A stretch of 63,577 nt of DNA, counting the filler, from Actinomycetota bacterium (GTDB lineage: Bacteria; Actinomycetota; CADDZG01; JAHWKV01; JAOPZY01): NCBI GenBank assembly GCA_025963875.1. It is 7 parts of 7 records of this genome, joined end to end, with 100 filler letters (N's around TTAATTAATTAA, not from the genome) between each part and the next. Parts side by side here need not be neighbours in the genome. Positions count along the whole stretch, not along the records: positions 3,899 to 13,222 come from JAOPZY010000099.1; positions 13,323 to 17,877 come from JAOPZY010000104.1; positions 17,978 to 31,137 come from JAOPZY010000118.1; 4 more parts are not named here. One strand, given 5' to 3'. A program made the translations under genes and the position numbers. This document shows, one piece after another, positions 10,636-19,427 of the stretch (the first letter of the stretch is position 1; every line of letters begins with the position of its first letter). The notes under the pieces were generated by a model. It worked only from the letters and a program-made list of their open reading frames with translations. It did not search any database and had not been told where the DNA came from.

Positions 10636-10682
10636 TTCTTTGCTTCTCCTACCGCGCTATACGCGGTAAAGGAAACAAAGAA
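10636..10682. repeat. Palindromic intergenic repeat, family B copy 1
   Basis: TTCTTTGCTTC..TACCGCG-ctata-CGCGGTA..AACAAAGAA; close match to 55769-55821. Confidence 0.75.
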
Positions 10683-10817
10683 CATCTTTGAATCAGGGCC
10701 CAGCACGCTCTCCGGCGCCGCCTGAAGGCTGGCCACGCGGCTGAATCGTGATCACCAGGAGAGGCGGCTTCTGCCCGAGCGATGGGGACCCCGAGCTGCA
10801 CTGGCTTCTTGGGCGGT

Positions 10818-12008
10818 TCAACGTTCGAGAGCGCCATACGTGGCTGACCAGAAGTCCGTTGCGAGCCGCGACTCTTGGGGTGCCGCGAGTACCTGGGTGC
10901 ACATGATCGCCACGAGGTCGGCATCGGGGTCGTTGGCCCAAACGGTGCCGAAGCCGCCGCTCCATCCGTAGCCCTTCAGTTCGCGGGCCCCGGGTTCAAC
11001 CCGGTCGATGATCGACAGCCCGAAGCCCCAACCGCGTCCACCGAGGATCGGGCCTGCGGTGTCGCGCTGCGCCGCGGGCAGCTGGTCGGCGGTCATCGCC
11101 GCCACGAGCTCGGATGCCAGGAGGCGTGTGCCGTTGTGGACGCCGCCGGCCAGCAGCATCTGCCCGAAGGCGAGGTAGTCGCGCGCGGTGGCGACCAGCC
11201 CAGCGCCGCAGTCGGTGAAGGCGCGTGGCCGTGTCCATTGGTCGTCGTCGTCGAACGGCTCGAGTCGCCCGTCGACCTGCTGGTAACAAGGCACCAGCCG
11301 CTGGACGTCGCGCGCCGGGACCTGGAAGGTGGTGTCCTTCATGCCCAGGGGCTCGAAGATGCGCTCCTCGTAAAAGGATTCGACCGTCTGGCCCGACGCT
11401 CGGGCGACGAGCACGCCGAGGATCTGCGACCCGGTGTTGTACCGCCATTGGTCCCCAGGCTGGTCCATGAGCGGCAGGGTTCCCATCCGCCGCATCCACT
11501 CGTCGGGTCCATGCGGGGTCACCGGCGTCGGAGGTCCGACGGACCGGAGTTCGAGAGCGGCCTCGGCCATCAGGATCGGGTAATCCTCGGGCGGGGCCAG
11601 GATCATGCCGAAGCCGGCGCGGAAGGTGAGGAGGTCGCGCACGGTGATGGGCCGGTGCGCGGGCACGGTATCGTCGACCGGTCCGTCGAGGCGCCGCAGG
11701 ACCCGGCGATCGGCCAGTTCGGGAAGGAGCCGGTCGACCGGCTCGTCGAGCGACAGCCGTCCGTCCTGCACCAGCAGCAGCGTGGCCACGGCCGTGACGG
11801 GCCTCGTCATCGACGTGATGCGGAACAGGGCATCGGGCCGCAGCGGCTCACGACCACCAACGGTGGCATTGCCGATCGCCTCGACGTGGACGTCGCCGCC
11901 CCGAGCCAACGCCACGACGATGCCCGGCACCGTCCGCGCGTTGACGTGGTCGGTCATTGCCTCGTGGAGGCGGGCCAATCCCTCCGTCGAGAAGCCGCGT
12001 CCGCCCAT
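10818..12008 (-). CDS. Beta-lactamase-family serine hydrolase (class C/esterase VIII-like) with an SxxR variant
   Basis: FRITSMTRP, ITVRDLLT, PGDQWRYN, PLGMKDT, YGWSGGFGT. Confidence 0.85.
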   Translation of the reverse strand: MGGRGFSTEGLARLHEAMTDHVNARTVPGIVVALARGGDVHVEAIGNATVGGREPLRPDALFRITSMTRPVTAVATLLLVQDGRLSLDEPVDRLLPELADRRVLRRLDGPVDDTVPAHRPITVRDLLTFRAGFGMILAPPEDYPILMAEAALELRSVGPPTPVTPHGPDEWMRRMGTLPLMDQPGDQWRYNTGSQILGVLVARASGQTVESFYEERIFEPLGMKDTTFQVPARDVQRLVPCYQQVDGRLEPFDDDDQWTRPRAFTDCGAGLVATARDYLAFGQMLLAGGVHNGTRLLASELVAAMTADQLPAAQRDTAGPILGGRGWGFGLSIIDRVEPGARELKGYGWSGGFGTVWANDPDADLVAIMCTQVLAAPQESRLATDFWSATYGALER

Positions 12009-12011
12009 CGT

Positions 12012-12383
12012 TCAGGCCGCTGATCCGCTCGGCATCCGGCGCATCGGCGCAACGTGGTGACTGGCGAGGAAGTCGACCACTATCGCGTTGTGGAGGTCGC
12101 ATTTCTCCTGGGCGAGGAAATGCGACGTGCCGGGCACGACGGCAAGCTCCGAGTCCTTGATCCCCCCGTAGAGGGCGAGGCCGAGCACCGACGCCGCTGA
12201 GGTCGGACGAGGCGCCGACGCTCTGACCGACGAACACCCGAAACCGTGCTGCCAGAGCGCATCGATGTTTGGTTCGAAGAAGCGCGCGTCGACCACGCCG
12301 CCGTGCAGCAGGACGAGCGACTCGCCCTCGCCACGCCCGTCATACCAGGTCTTCACTTGCGGAAGCTCCACCGAGGTCGCCAT
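12012..12383 (-). pseudogene. Alpha/beta hydrolase with central deletion
   Basis: N-terminal GEGESLVLLHGG joined almost directly to C-terminal ELAVVPGTSH..EK; no GxSxG; AAGGAG SD upstream. Confidence 0.6.
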
Positions 12384-12906
12384 CTCGCCCAACTCCTTTC
12401 GACGCACAGAAGACGCTGCGGCCGCGTCAAACTCATCGGGCGGCAATGTGGCGGTGAAGCTGTTCATCCTGCGCGCCACGCAGCTCCTGGAAGCTGGCTG
12501 GACCCTCCTCAGCGTCGGTAGACCTCAACCGCTCTGAGGGGAAAGTCGAGACCCGGGCGGCAGTGCGCGCGGCGCCCCCTGTTGCCGGATCCCCCGGAGC
12601 AGTACGGGACCTTCGTTGATGAGGCCGTAATCGGTGCCCTTCTCCCGCCCGCATGAGCCCTTGGCACCGCCGCCCGGGACGGCGGTGCCCGCCTCTCCCT
12701 CGAGTACCTACTCTCCAACACCGCGCCCTGGATGGCGGCGCCTCAGCACCCACCGAACACGCAGTGCACTCCCCTCAGATCAACGGTCCAGCACTCCGAG
12801 TATTCTCGGACGGGGCTGCCAAAAGTTGAGCCTGGGCGCCTCTTGGGCGATCGCCGAAGCCGGCACACCGGGCAGGTCCCCGAAGCTCGACCGCAGGAGG
12901 AGCCAG

Positions 12907-13222
12907 ATGGAGAGCCCGATCGAGGTGGTGCGGAGGTTCTGCTCGGCGTGGTCCGACGACATCGGAGCTGTCGAGCTGGCTGCATTTTTCACCGACGACG
13001 CCGTCTACCACAACATCCCGCTGACGCCGGTCACCGGCAGGGAGGACATCGCCAACACGATCTCGTCGTTCATTCGCCCTGGCCCGCCGGGCATCGAGGG
13101 CATCGAGTTCCGCGTCATCAACATTGCGGCCAACGGTCCAGTCGTGTTGACCGAGCGGGTGGACGTCTTCAGGCTCTCTGACAAGTCGTTCGAGCTGCCC
13201 GTCATGGGGGCCTTCGAGGTCA
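12907..13222 (+). CDS. Limonene-1,2-epoxide hydrolase family (NTF2-like), truncated
   Basis: FFTDDAVYHNIP, VVLTERVD, LPVMGAFEV; AGGAGGAG SD. Confidence 0.85.
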
Positions 13223-13322
13223 NNNNNNNNNNNNNNNNNNNNNNNNNNNNNNNNNNNNNNNNNNNNTTAATTAATTAANNNNNNNNNNNNNNNNNNNNNN
13301 NNNNNNNNNNNNNNNNNNNNNN
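13223..13322. other. Artificial contig linker
   Basis: N44-TTAATTAATTAA-N44. Confidence 0.98.
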
Positions 13323-13399
13323 GCCGCCGCGCCGGGGCCCATCAGCAGGGCGAGCCCCAGCGCGGCAACAAGTGCCACGCACCACCTGAGCTTAGGCAG
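13323..13399 (-). CDS. Signal-peptide-like 5' end of a downstream exported protein (possibly CopC-like), truncated
   Basis: Reads KLRWCVALVAALGLALLMGPGAAA to the contig edge; start codon uncertain; CopC identity is contextual only. Confidence 0.35.
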
Positions 13400-14063
13400 T
13401 CTTCTTGCCCCTGCCGGCGACGAGGGCGATCAGGCCCAGGACGACGGCAACAACGATGGCGATGATGGCCACCGTCTTGGAGGATGAGGCCGAGCTCTTG
13501 GCTGCCGCGGCTGCCGACTGCGCCGAGGCAACCCGGTCCTGGAGCGTCGTGATGGCCGAGGAGAGCTGAGGGAGGGTCTGGGTCTGCACCGGGAACTCGA
13601 TAGCGGTGGGATCGGTGACGTCGGCGAAGGTCTTGTCCGAGGATGCAGCCGACACGTCGACCGCCGTCCCTGAGATGTCGCCGGTGATGTGGAAGGTGTA
13701 GGTGCCAGCAGTGGTCGGCAGGATCGGGGCGTCGAACTCGCCGTGGGTGCCCAGACCCGTGTCGGGGTCGAAGGCGCTCGTCAGGGTCATCGGGCTGCTG
13801 GTCTTGGCGGTGGCCCCGGTGCCGGTCGTGACCGCCACCGTCAGCCCCTTGGTGCCCAGGTCGTCGACGGGATTGCCCTTGGCGTCCTTGACGAAGAGCT
13901 GTACGGCGTTCTCAGCCCCGGTGTAGGCCGGCTCGTTACGCCAGCCGAACGTGAGGTGGTAGGGGCCGGCGTCCTTCGTGGTGTGGGCGAGGGCGGGCGT
14001 GGCGATCAACAGGCCAGCGGTGGCCAGGGCGATCGCGCCCAGGCTGAATCGAATGCGTCGCAT
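13392..14063 (-). CDS. Exported, C-terminally anchored protein with His predicted at the mature N-terminus
   Basis: Signal peptide ending PALA|H, GWRNEPAY motif, beta-rich core with GTYTFH, C-terminal TM plus basic tail. Confidence 0.75.
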   Translation of the reverse strand: MRRIRFSLGAIALATAGLLIATPALAHTTKDAGPYHLTFGWRNEPAYTGAENAVQLFVKDAKGNPVDDLGTKGLTVAVTTGTGATAKTSSPMTLTSAFDPDTGLGTHGEFDAPILPTTAGTYTFHITGDISGTAVDVSAASSDKTFADVTDPTAIEFPVQTQTLPQLSSAITTLQDRVASAQSAAAAAKSSASSSKTVAIIAIVVAVVLGLIALVAGRGKKTA

Positions 14064-14097
14064 TTGGAAGCGTTCCTTCCTGGAGAGTCCTCTAGGG

Positions 14098-14688
14098 TCA
14101 GTGGCGTATGTACGCCGGGACCGGAGGACCTCGGATGGCGAGCGAGCGACGGGGGGAGGAAATGGGGCCAGGGGTGGCCGGGGGCCACGGGTGGGCCTCG
14201 GTGTCGCGGCCGAGGGGGCGTCTGCGGGCAGCAACGGCCCGTCCGGTCAGCTCCCCTGCCCGGTCCAGGCCAGCGAGCAGCAGGCCCCCGGCAGCGCCGA
14301 CGACGAGTTGCAGCGCCACGCCGACGGACAGCAGGGGACCGACAAGGCTCCCGATGGGGACCCCGGCAAGCGCTCGCTCCAGGACCTCGAGGGCGACGAA
14401 GGCAGCCGCCTGGGCCACCGCCGGAAGGACGAGCGTGGCGATGAGTCCGGGTCGGCGGTGGCAGGAGTCCGGGGCCGAACCCCGCCGGTAGCCGAGGAGG
14501 AATGCCCCCGCCCCCGCCACGACGGCCGCCAGGAGGCCGACGGCCAGGGCGAGCGGGAGGTAGGCGTGCGAGCCGCCGAGCGCGGCCGCCTGCGAGGTAT
14601 CCGGCGCCACGATCCGGTAGACGACGATGTGGCCGGCGAACAAGCCCGCCGCTGCCACCGCAAGCCCGCGAGCGACGCGGTTGCTCAT
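14098..14688 (-). CDS. Integral membrane protein with conserved-looking His residues and a C-terminal RGPP motif
   Basis: About four hydrophobic helices (AGHIVVY, SHAYL, LEVLER), Pro-rich linker, LAIRGPPV near the end. Confidence 0.75.
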   Translation of the reverse strand: MSNRVARGLAVAAAGLFAGHIVVYRIVAPDTSQAAALGGSHAYLPLALAVGLLAAVVAGAGAFLLGYRRGSAPDSCHRRPGLIATLVLPAVAQAAAFVALEVLERALAGVPIGSLVGPLLSVGVALQLVVGAAGGLLLAGLDRAGELTGRAVAARRRPLGRDTEAHPWPPATPGPISSPRRSLAIRGPPVPAYIRH

Positions 14689-14749
14689 ACGACCGTCCTC
14701 ATGGCCCAAGTCTATTCCTGCCCTGCCGGCCAACGGCGGGAGATTCCGC

Positions 14750-14766
14750 ATACCCTGGAAGGGCAG
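14750..14766. promoter_or_regulatory. CsoR/RicR-like copper operator
   Basis: TACCC-TGGAA-GGGCA, one mismatch from TACCC-N5-GGGTA, between divergent metal-related genes. Confidence 0.45.
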
Positions 14767-14843
14767 AGCGCCTGGCGATCTGCAAGAGTATTTCCGTTCC
14801 AAGCCCTGATGCTCGTTCCGAGGGGAGTCCTACGAAACTCGAC

Positions 14844-15485
14844 ATGGCGATCACCGAGACGGGTGGCGACACCGAGGCCGTTTCATCCTGGCGCCTCTGG
14901 GTCGTCCCCCTGGCGGCCGGCATCTTCGCCGGCGCCGCCGCCTTCGAGGTCCTGCCGTTCGCGGTCCGGCGCATCGGGCCCGTTGCCGCGGCCTGGGCCC
15001 TCGGCGGGCTCCTGATCTTCATCGCCATCCACAAGGCCCTTGACAGCCTCGGCCACCACGGCGCCGCCGGGGCCTCGACGCTCGGCATGTGGTTGCACGC
15101 CTTCCTCGAGGGCGTGGTCACGGCGACCGGCTACGGTGTCAGCACCACCCTCGGCGTCCTGCTCTCCCTCGGCCTCGTCGCCCATCTCATCCCCGAGGCG
15201 ACGGCCCTGGTCGCCCTGCTGCGGCGGTCCGGCCTGTCGGTCCGCTCCTCGGTGGCGCGCGGCGTCCTTTCCTGGGCCCTCGTGGCCAGTGGCTTTGTCC
15301 TGGTGCGATTCTTCCTGCCCCTGCTTCCCCCGCCGGTCCTTGGGGCAGGGATGGCGTTCGGGGCCGGCGGCATCCTCTACCTGGCCGCCGTGAGCTGGAC
15401 GGCTCGCCAGGCCACCTTGGCGGGAAGCCTTGCCGCCCTGGCGACCGGCGCCGCCCTGATGGGCCTGGTCCGGGCGGTGGCGTGA
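14844..15485 (+). CDS. Short ZIP-family metal transporter
   Basis: LAAGIF..FEVLP, WLHAFLEG and VAHLIPEA (TM4/TM5 metal site), FGAGGILY. Confidence 0.75.
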   Translation: MAITETGGDTEAVSSWRLWVVPLAAGIFAGAAAFEVLPFAVRRIGPVAAAWALGGLLIFIAIHKALDSLGHHGAAGASTLGMWLHAFLEGVVTATGYGVSTTLGVLLSLGLVAHLIPEATALVALLRRSGLSVRSSVARGVLSWALVASGFVLVRFFLPLLPPPVLGAGMAFGAGGILYLAAVSWTARQATLAGSLAALATGAALMGLVRAVA

Positions 15486-15497
15486 AGGCCGGCGACC

Positions 15498-16079
15498 TTA
15501 CCGATCTCGTGTTTCCCGATCGCCTGTTTCCCGATCGCCTGGGAGCAGGCTGAACATCACCATGTCGCGCCGCTCGCCTTTGAGCTCGACGTAGGACCGC
15601 AGGACGCCTTCCCGCCGGTAGCCGGCACGGAGGGCGACGGCCTGCGAGGCCTGGTTGCGGACGTCGGCTTTGAGTTGCAGCCGTTCCAGTCCCAGGTGGC
15701 CGATCACCCACCCGGAGAGGAGCCTGAGTGCCGCGCTTGCAACGCCGCGCCCGCGCGCCCACGGGGCCACCCAATACCCGATCTCGCCCACGCCGTCGCC
15801 ACGCTGCCCCACCTCGATGGCCCCGAGCAGCTCCCCGCCCGCCGAGGAGACGATGGCCAGCGCGAGGGCATGGCCGCTGGCCATCCCAGCCTCCTGACCT
15901 GCGAGCCACGCCTCGGCGTCGGCCTCCGAGTAGGGGCTGGGGACCGTCGTCCATCGGGCGATGTCGGGATCCTGGCAGGCGGTCACGAGGTCGGGGATGT
16001 CGGTGACCGAGACGGGCCGGAGCGCGACGGTGCCGTCGTCCAGCGGCGGATCCGGCGGCGAGAGCGGGGGCAGCTTCAC
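15498..16079 (-). CDS. RimJ/RimL-type GNAT acetyltransferase
   Basis: EIGYWVAPWARGRGVA, NQASQAVALRAGYRREG. Confidence 0.9.
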   Translation of the reverse strand: MKLPPLSPPDPPLDDGTVALRPVSVTDIPDLVTACQDPDIARWTTVPSPYSEADAEAWLAGQEAGMASGHALALAIVSSAGGELLGAIEVGQRGDGVGEIGYWVAPWARGRGVASAALRLLSGWVIGHLGLERLQLKADVRNQASQAVALRAGYRREGVLRSYVELKGERRDMVMFSLLPGDRETGDRETRDR

Positions 16080-16138
16080 GGTACGGGAGCATAGGAGGTC
16101 CGCCAATCCGATCCCAGCAGCTGTGCCGAAGTCCTGGC

Positions 16139-16825
16139 GTGAATACTCTGGAGCTCGCCCCGGCACCGGCCCGTAGCCCGATCGGGCTGCTGCTGGCGGC
16201 GGCGGCCACGGTCTCTGTGGCCTCGGGGCTGATCCATTTCGCGGCCGTCCCCGAACACTGGGCGAACTACCGGATCGCCGCCATGTTCTTCATCGGGCTC
16301 GGGATCTTCCAGGTGGTCTGGGCTGCCCTGGTGATCGGGAGGCCCAGCCGGGCCCTCTACGCGGTCGGGGCCGCCGCCTCGTTGCTCACGATCGGGACCT
16401 GGATTGCCTCCCGGACCTCGGGCCTACCCTTCGGTCCCTTCGCCGGGGTGGCCGAGCATGCCGGACGGGCGGACATCATCTCGACCATCCTCGAGGAGGT
16501 GCTCGTCGTGGCCCTGATCCTGCTGGCCTTCCGCGTGGGCGAGGGCCGTCGATCCGAGCGCCCCGCGTACCGCGTCGCCCTCACCGCCATCCTGGGGGCC
16601 ACGGCCTCACTCACCATCTGGGCGATCACGGCGCTCCACGCCGGGGCCCACGGATCCGAAGTCAGCGCCCAGCCGCAGGTCAACTTGCTGTCGGAGCTCG
16701 CCGGGCACCACGGGCTGCACCTGATCTTCGCCGGGGGAGCCGTGCTGGTCTACTTCGCCTATGTGGTGGGCCACGTCCGTCGTCATGGCTGGCCGTCCTT
16801 CTCGTGGAAGCTGAATCCGTCCTAA
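16139..16825 (+). CDS. His-rich multi-pass membrane protein
   Basis: LIHFAAVPEHW, SRTSGLPFGP, HAGAH, HHGLH; 5-6 hydrophobic segments. Confidence 0.65.
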   Translation: MNTLELAPAPARSPIGLLLAAAATVSVASGLIHFAAVPEHWANYRIAAMFFIGLGIFQVVWAALVIGRPSRALYAVGAAASLLTIGTWIASRTSGLPFGPFAGVAEHAGRADIISTILEEVLVVALILLAFRVGEGRRSERPAYRVALTAILGATASLTIWAITALHAGAHGSEVSAQPQVNLLSELAGHHGLHLIFAGGAVLVYFAYVVGHVRRHGWPSFSWKLNPS

Positions 16826-17196
16826 TTCGCCGGCTCGGAGCACCGCGCGATGACCGACAGTGCGGTGTTGACCGTCGACGTGACGGCGCCGGAGACGGCG
16901 GCTCGGATCGGGAGGGCCCCCGTCGCACCCGCCACCACCGCGGCCACGGTGTCGGTGGCATGGATGACGACGGCCCGCTTGACCGCGCGGTCCCGAGCCG
17001 CCCCCTCTCCCGACAGGAGATCCAGCCCGAGAAGGATTGTCCGGATCCCGAACATCCTGAGGAAGTAGGTGGCCACCTGGTTCTCCTCAGGGTCGATCCC
17101 GATGACGCGCAGGAACTTGTCCGGCGCCACCAGGGCGATGGTCCCGTTGACGAGCCGCACGACGGCCAGTGCGGTACGAGCCTTGCCGGCGTTCAC
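16822..17196 (-). CDS. Small membrane protein (DUF4267-like)
   Basis: RLVNG..APDK, RMFGIR..LG, HATD pattern; GGAGG SD. Confidence 0.55.
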   Translation of the reverse strand: MNAGKARTALAVVRLVNGTIALVAPDKFLRVIGIDPEENQVATYFLRMFGIRTILLGLDLLSGEGAARDRAVKRAVVIHATDTVAAVVAGATGALPIRAAVSGAVTSTVNTALSVIARCSEPAN

Positions 17197-17210
17197 CCTT
17201 GCCTCCCCTC

Positions 17211-17877
17211 TCAGGCCCTGACGATCCCGATCGCCAGCGGCTCCCCTTCGATGTCCGCCACCTTGGCAAATCCGTCGTCGCTGTCGTTCGGCTCGGCGAG
17301 ACGCTCCGTCGCAAGGACCTCGCTGAGGATCCAGGCTTCGTGCGCGGCGATGGCCTCCGACAGCTCCCCGCCGGCCTCGAGGTAGAGCCCGATGCGGTCG
17401 GCGATGTCGAGCCCACCTTCCTTGCGGGCGTCCTGCACCGCTCGGACCACCTCACGGGCCAGGCCCTCGGCTCGCAGCTCGGGTGTGACCTCGACGTCGA
17501 GGGCCACGCCGTACGGGCCCTCGTGCTCGACCTCGTAGCCCTCCCGCTTCTCGGCCCGCACGTCCAGGTCGGCCGCTTCGAGGGTCAGGGTCTCGCCTTC
17601 GACGTCAAGGGTCACCGGTCCCCCCGCGGCGACCTGCTCACGAAGGGTACGGACCTCGTCCGGCCCGAGGGCCGCCAGGGCTGCGGCGATCTTCGGCATC
17701 CGAGGCCCGAAACGGGGGCCGAGCGCCCGGAAGTTGGGCTTGACGGAGTAATGGACCAGTTGTTCCAGTGACTCGACAAGCTCCAGTTCCTTGACGTTCA
17801 GCTCGTCGGCGACCAGGCGGGCCAGGGCGGCCACGTCGGCGCGCTCGGCCGCCGGCACCACGGCCAGGGCCTTCGGC
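17211..17877 (-). CDS. ileS: Isoleucyl-tRNA synthetase (type 2), C-terminal fragment
   Basis: DELNVK, VKPNFRALGPRFG, LRAEGLAREVVRAVQDARK..LDIADRI. Confidence 0.9.
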
Positions 17878-17977
17878 NNNNNNNNNNNNNNNNNNNNNNN
17901 NNNNNNNNNNNNNNNNNNNNNTTAATTAATTAANNNNNNNNNNNNNNNNNNNNNNNNNNNNNNNNNNNNNNNNNNNN
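17878..17977. other. Artificial contig linker
   Basis: N44-TTAATTAATTAA-N44. Confidence 0.98.
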
Positions 17978-18255
17978 AGTTCTTCTGGCTGTTCATCGTG
18001 ATCATCCTGCCCGACATCGGGTCCGTCGCCTGGCTCGTGCTCGGCCGGCCGCTCGGAGCCGGCTTCCGGCTCGGGTCGCAGGTCGGCGTCTACAAGCCGC
18101 AGAAACGGGCCATCGGGCCGGAGGATTCCCCCGACTTCCTCGCGTCCATGGAGCGCAAGCGCCTGGAGGGCTGGGAGCGGGAACTCAAACGCCGGGAAGA
18201 GGAGCTGCGGCGCAAGGAGAAAGACGACGGTGATGCTCCGACCCCGGAGGGCTGA
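17978..18255 (+). CDS. PLDc N-terminal domain small membrane protein, partial
   Basis: FWLFIVIILPDIGSVAWLVLGRP, GPEDSPDFL, charged coiled tail. Confidence 0.7.
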
Positions 18256-18282
18256 CGACCCGTCGATTGCGCGCGCAGAAAG

Positions 18283-18327
18283 GTTAGGAGTGCAGCGCGC
18301 GTATGTGCGCGAAAGGCGACCAACCTC
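18283..18327 (+). repeat. Palindromic intergenic repeat, family A copy 1
   Basis: GTTAGGAGTGCAGCGCGCGTATGTGCGCGAAAGGCGACCAACCTC. Confidence 0.85.
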
Positions 18328-18383
18328 CGCCCAAGTCCGCCGGCGGGCGGGCCCAGACCGGCCCGAGGCTGGCGGGCCCCGAC

Positions 18384-18428
18384 GTTAGGAGTGCAGCGCG
18401 CGTACGTGCGCGAAAGGCGACCAACCTC
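18384..18428 (+). repeat. Palindromic intergenic repeat, family A copy 2
   Basis: 44/45 identical to copy 1. Confidence 0.85.
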
Positions 18429-18446
18429 AGCTCGGGTCCCGCTAGC

Positions 18447-19427
18447 CTAGGTTCCGGCCTCCAGCGCCGCCTTGGCCTGGGTGAAGGTGTCGACCGGGAC
18501 GATCTTCACGTCCTTCAGGCCGGCGCTGCGGGCATCGGCCGCCTCGCTCGTCGGGCAGAGGAAGATGCGGGCACCCCGCTGCTCGGCCCCCACGATCTTC
18601 TCGGCCACCCCGCCGACCGGACCCACGGCCCCGTTGAGGTCGATGGTGCCGGTGCCTGCCACCACCCGGCCCTTGGAAAGGTCGTCGCCGCTGGCGAGGG
18701 AGTAGACGCCGAGCGACATCATGAGGCCCGCCGACGGCCCGCCGATGTCCTGGTTCTTCACGTTCACGGGGAACGGCAGCGTGATCTTCGGCGCGATGGT
18801 CCGCAGGGCGACACCGAGGGCGGGCCGACCGACCTGGCTGAGGGTGCGGAGCTGGATGGGGATCTGCAGCTGCTGGTCCCCGCGGACAACGGTGAGGGTG
18901 ACCACCTGGCCATTCACGGCTTTCTCGGTGGCGGCCTGCAGGTCGGAGGCGAGCTGGATCGGCCGCCCGTCGATCGCGGTGATGATGTCGCCGATCTTCA
19001 ACTTGCCGTCCGCCGGGGAACCCGTGATCACCCCCATAACCTGGACGCCCCCGCCGCTGACGGAGACCGGGAAGCCGGCGGCCCGGAGGCCCACCGCGGC
19101 GGCCACCTGGGCGCTCTCCTGGAACACCTGGATCTGGGACGCCACGTACTGCTGTTCGTTGACGCCGGGCGGGATGACCTGGGTCTGCCAGACCAGCTCG
19201 TGGTGGGGCGTGACCAGGCCCTCGACGGCGCCCACCGCGCTGGGCTGCGTGAGCGTGACCGTCGTCAGCAGCAACTGCCCTTTCACCGGATGGACCGGGC
19301 CGCCGAAGTCGATCTGGCTGGGGACGTCGAGCGCCGGGCCTGGGTTGAGCTCGACGAGAGGAAGGGGAACCGCGGTCAGCGCCAGGAGCACAATCGCGAC
19401 CGAGGCTCCGAGGATCAGGCGCCTCAT
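18447..19427 (-). CDS. PDZ plus Lon-like (S16) membrane protease, YlbL/SdrC-like
   Basis: N-terminal TM, PDZ (GSPADGKLKIGDII), GGPSAG catalytic Ser, AGTGTI, VGGVAEK. Confidence 0.9.
   Translation of the reverse strand: MRRLILGASVAIVLLALTAVPLPLVELNPGPALDVPSQIDFGGPVHPVKGQLLLTTVTLTQPSAVGAVEGLVTPHHELVWQTQVIPPGVNEQQYVASQIQVFQESAQVAAAVGLRAAGFPVSVSGGGVQVMGVITGSPADGKLKIGDIITAIDGRPIQLASDLQAATEKAVNGQVVTLTVVRGDQQLQIPIQLRTLSQVGRPALGVALRTIAPKITLPFPVNVKNQDIGGPSAGLMMSLGVYSLASGDDLSKGRVVAGTGTIDLNGAVGPVGGVAEKIVGAEQRGARIFLCPTSEAADARSAGLKDVKIVPVDTFTQAKAALEAGT

Noticed and set aside
15510..15541. 15-bp tandem repeat at the GNAT 3' end
   Set aside because: Simple local duplication encoding GDRET twice; no sign of function
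18283..18428. Mini CRISPR array (two 45-bp repeats, 56-bp spacer)
   Set aside because: Only two units, related copies dispersed at other intergenic sites, no cas genes; fits a REP-like element
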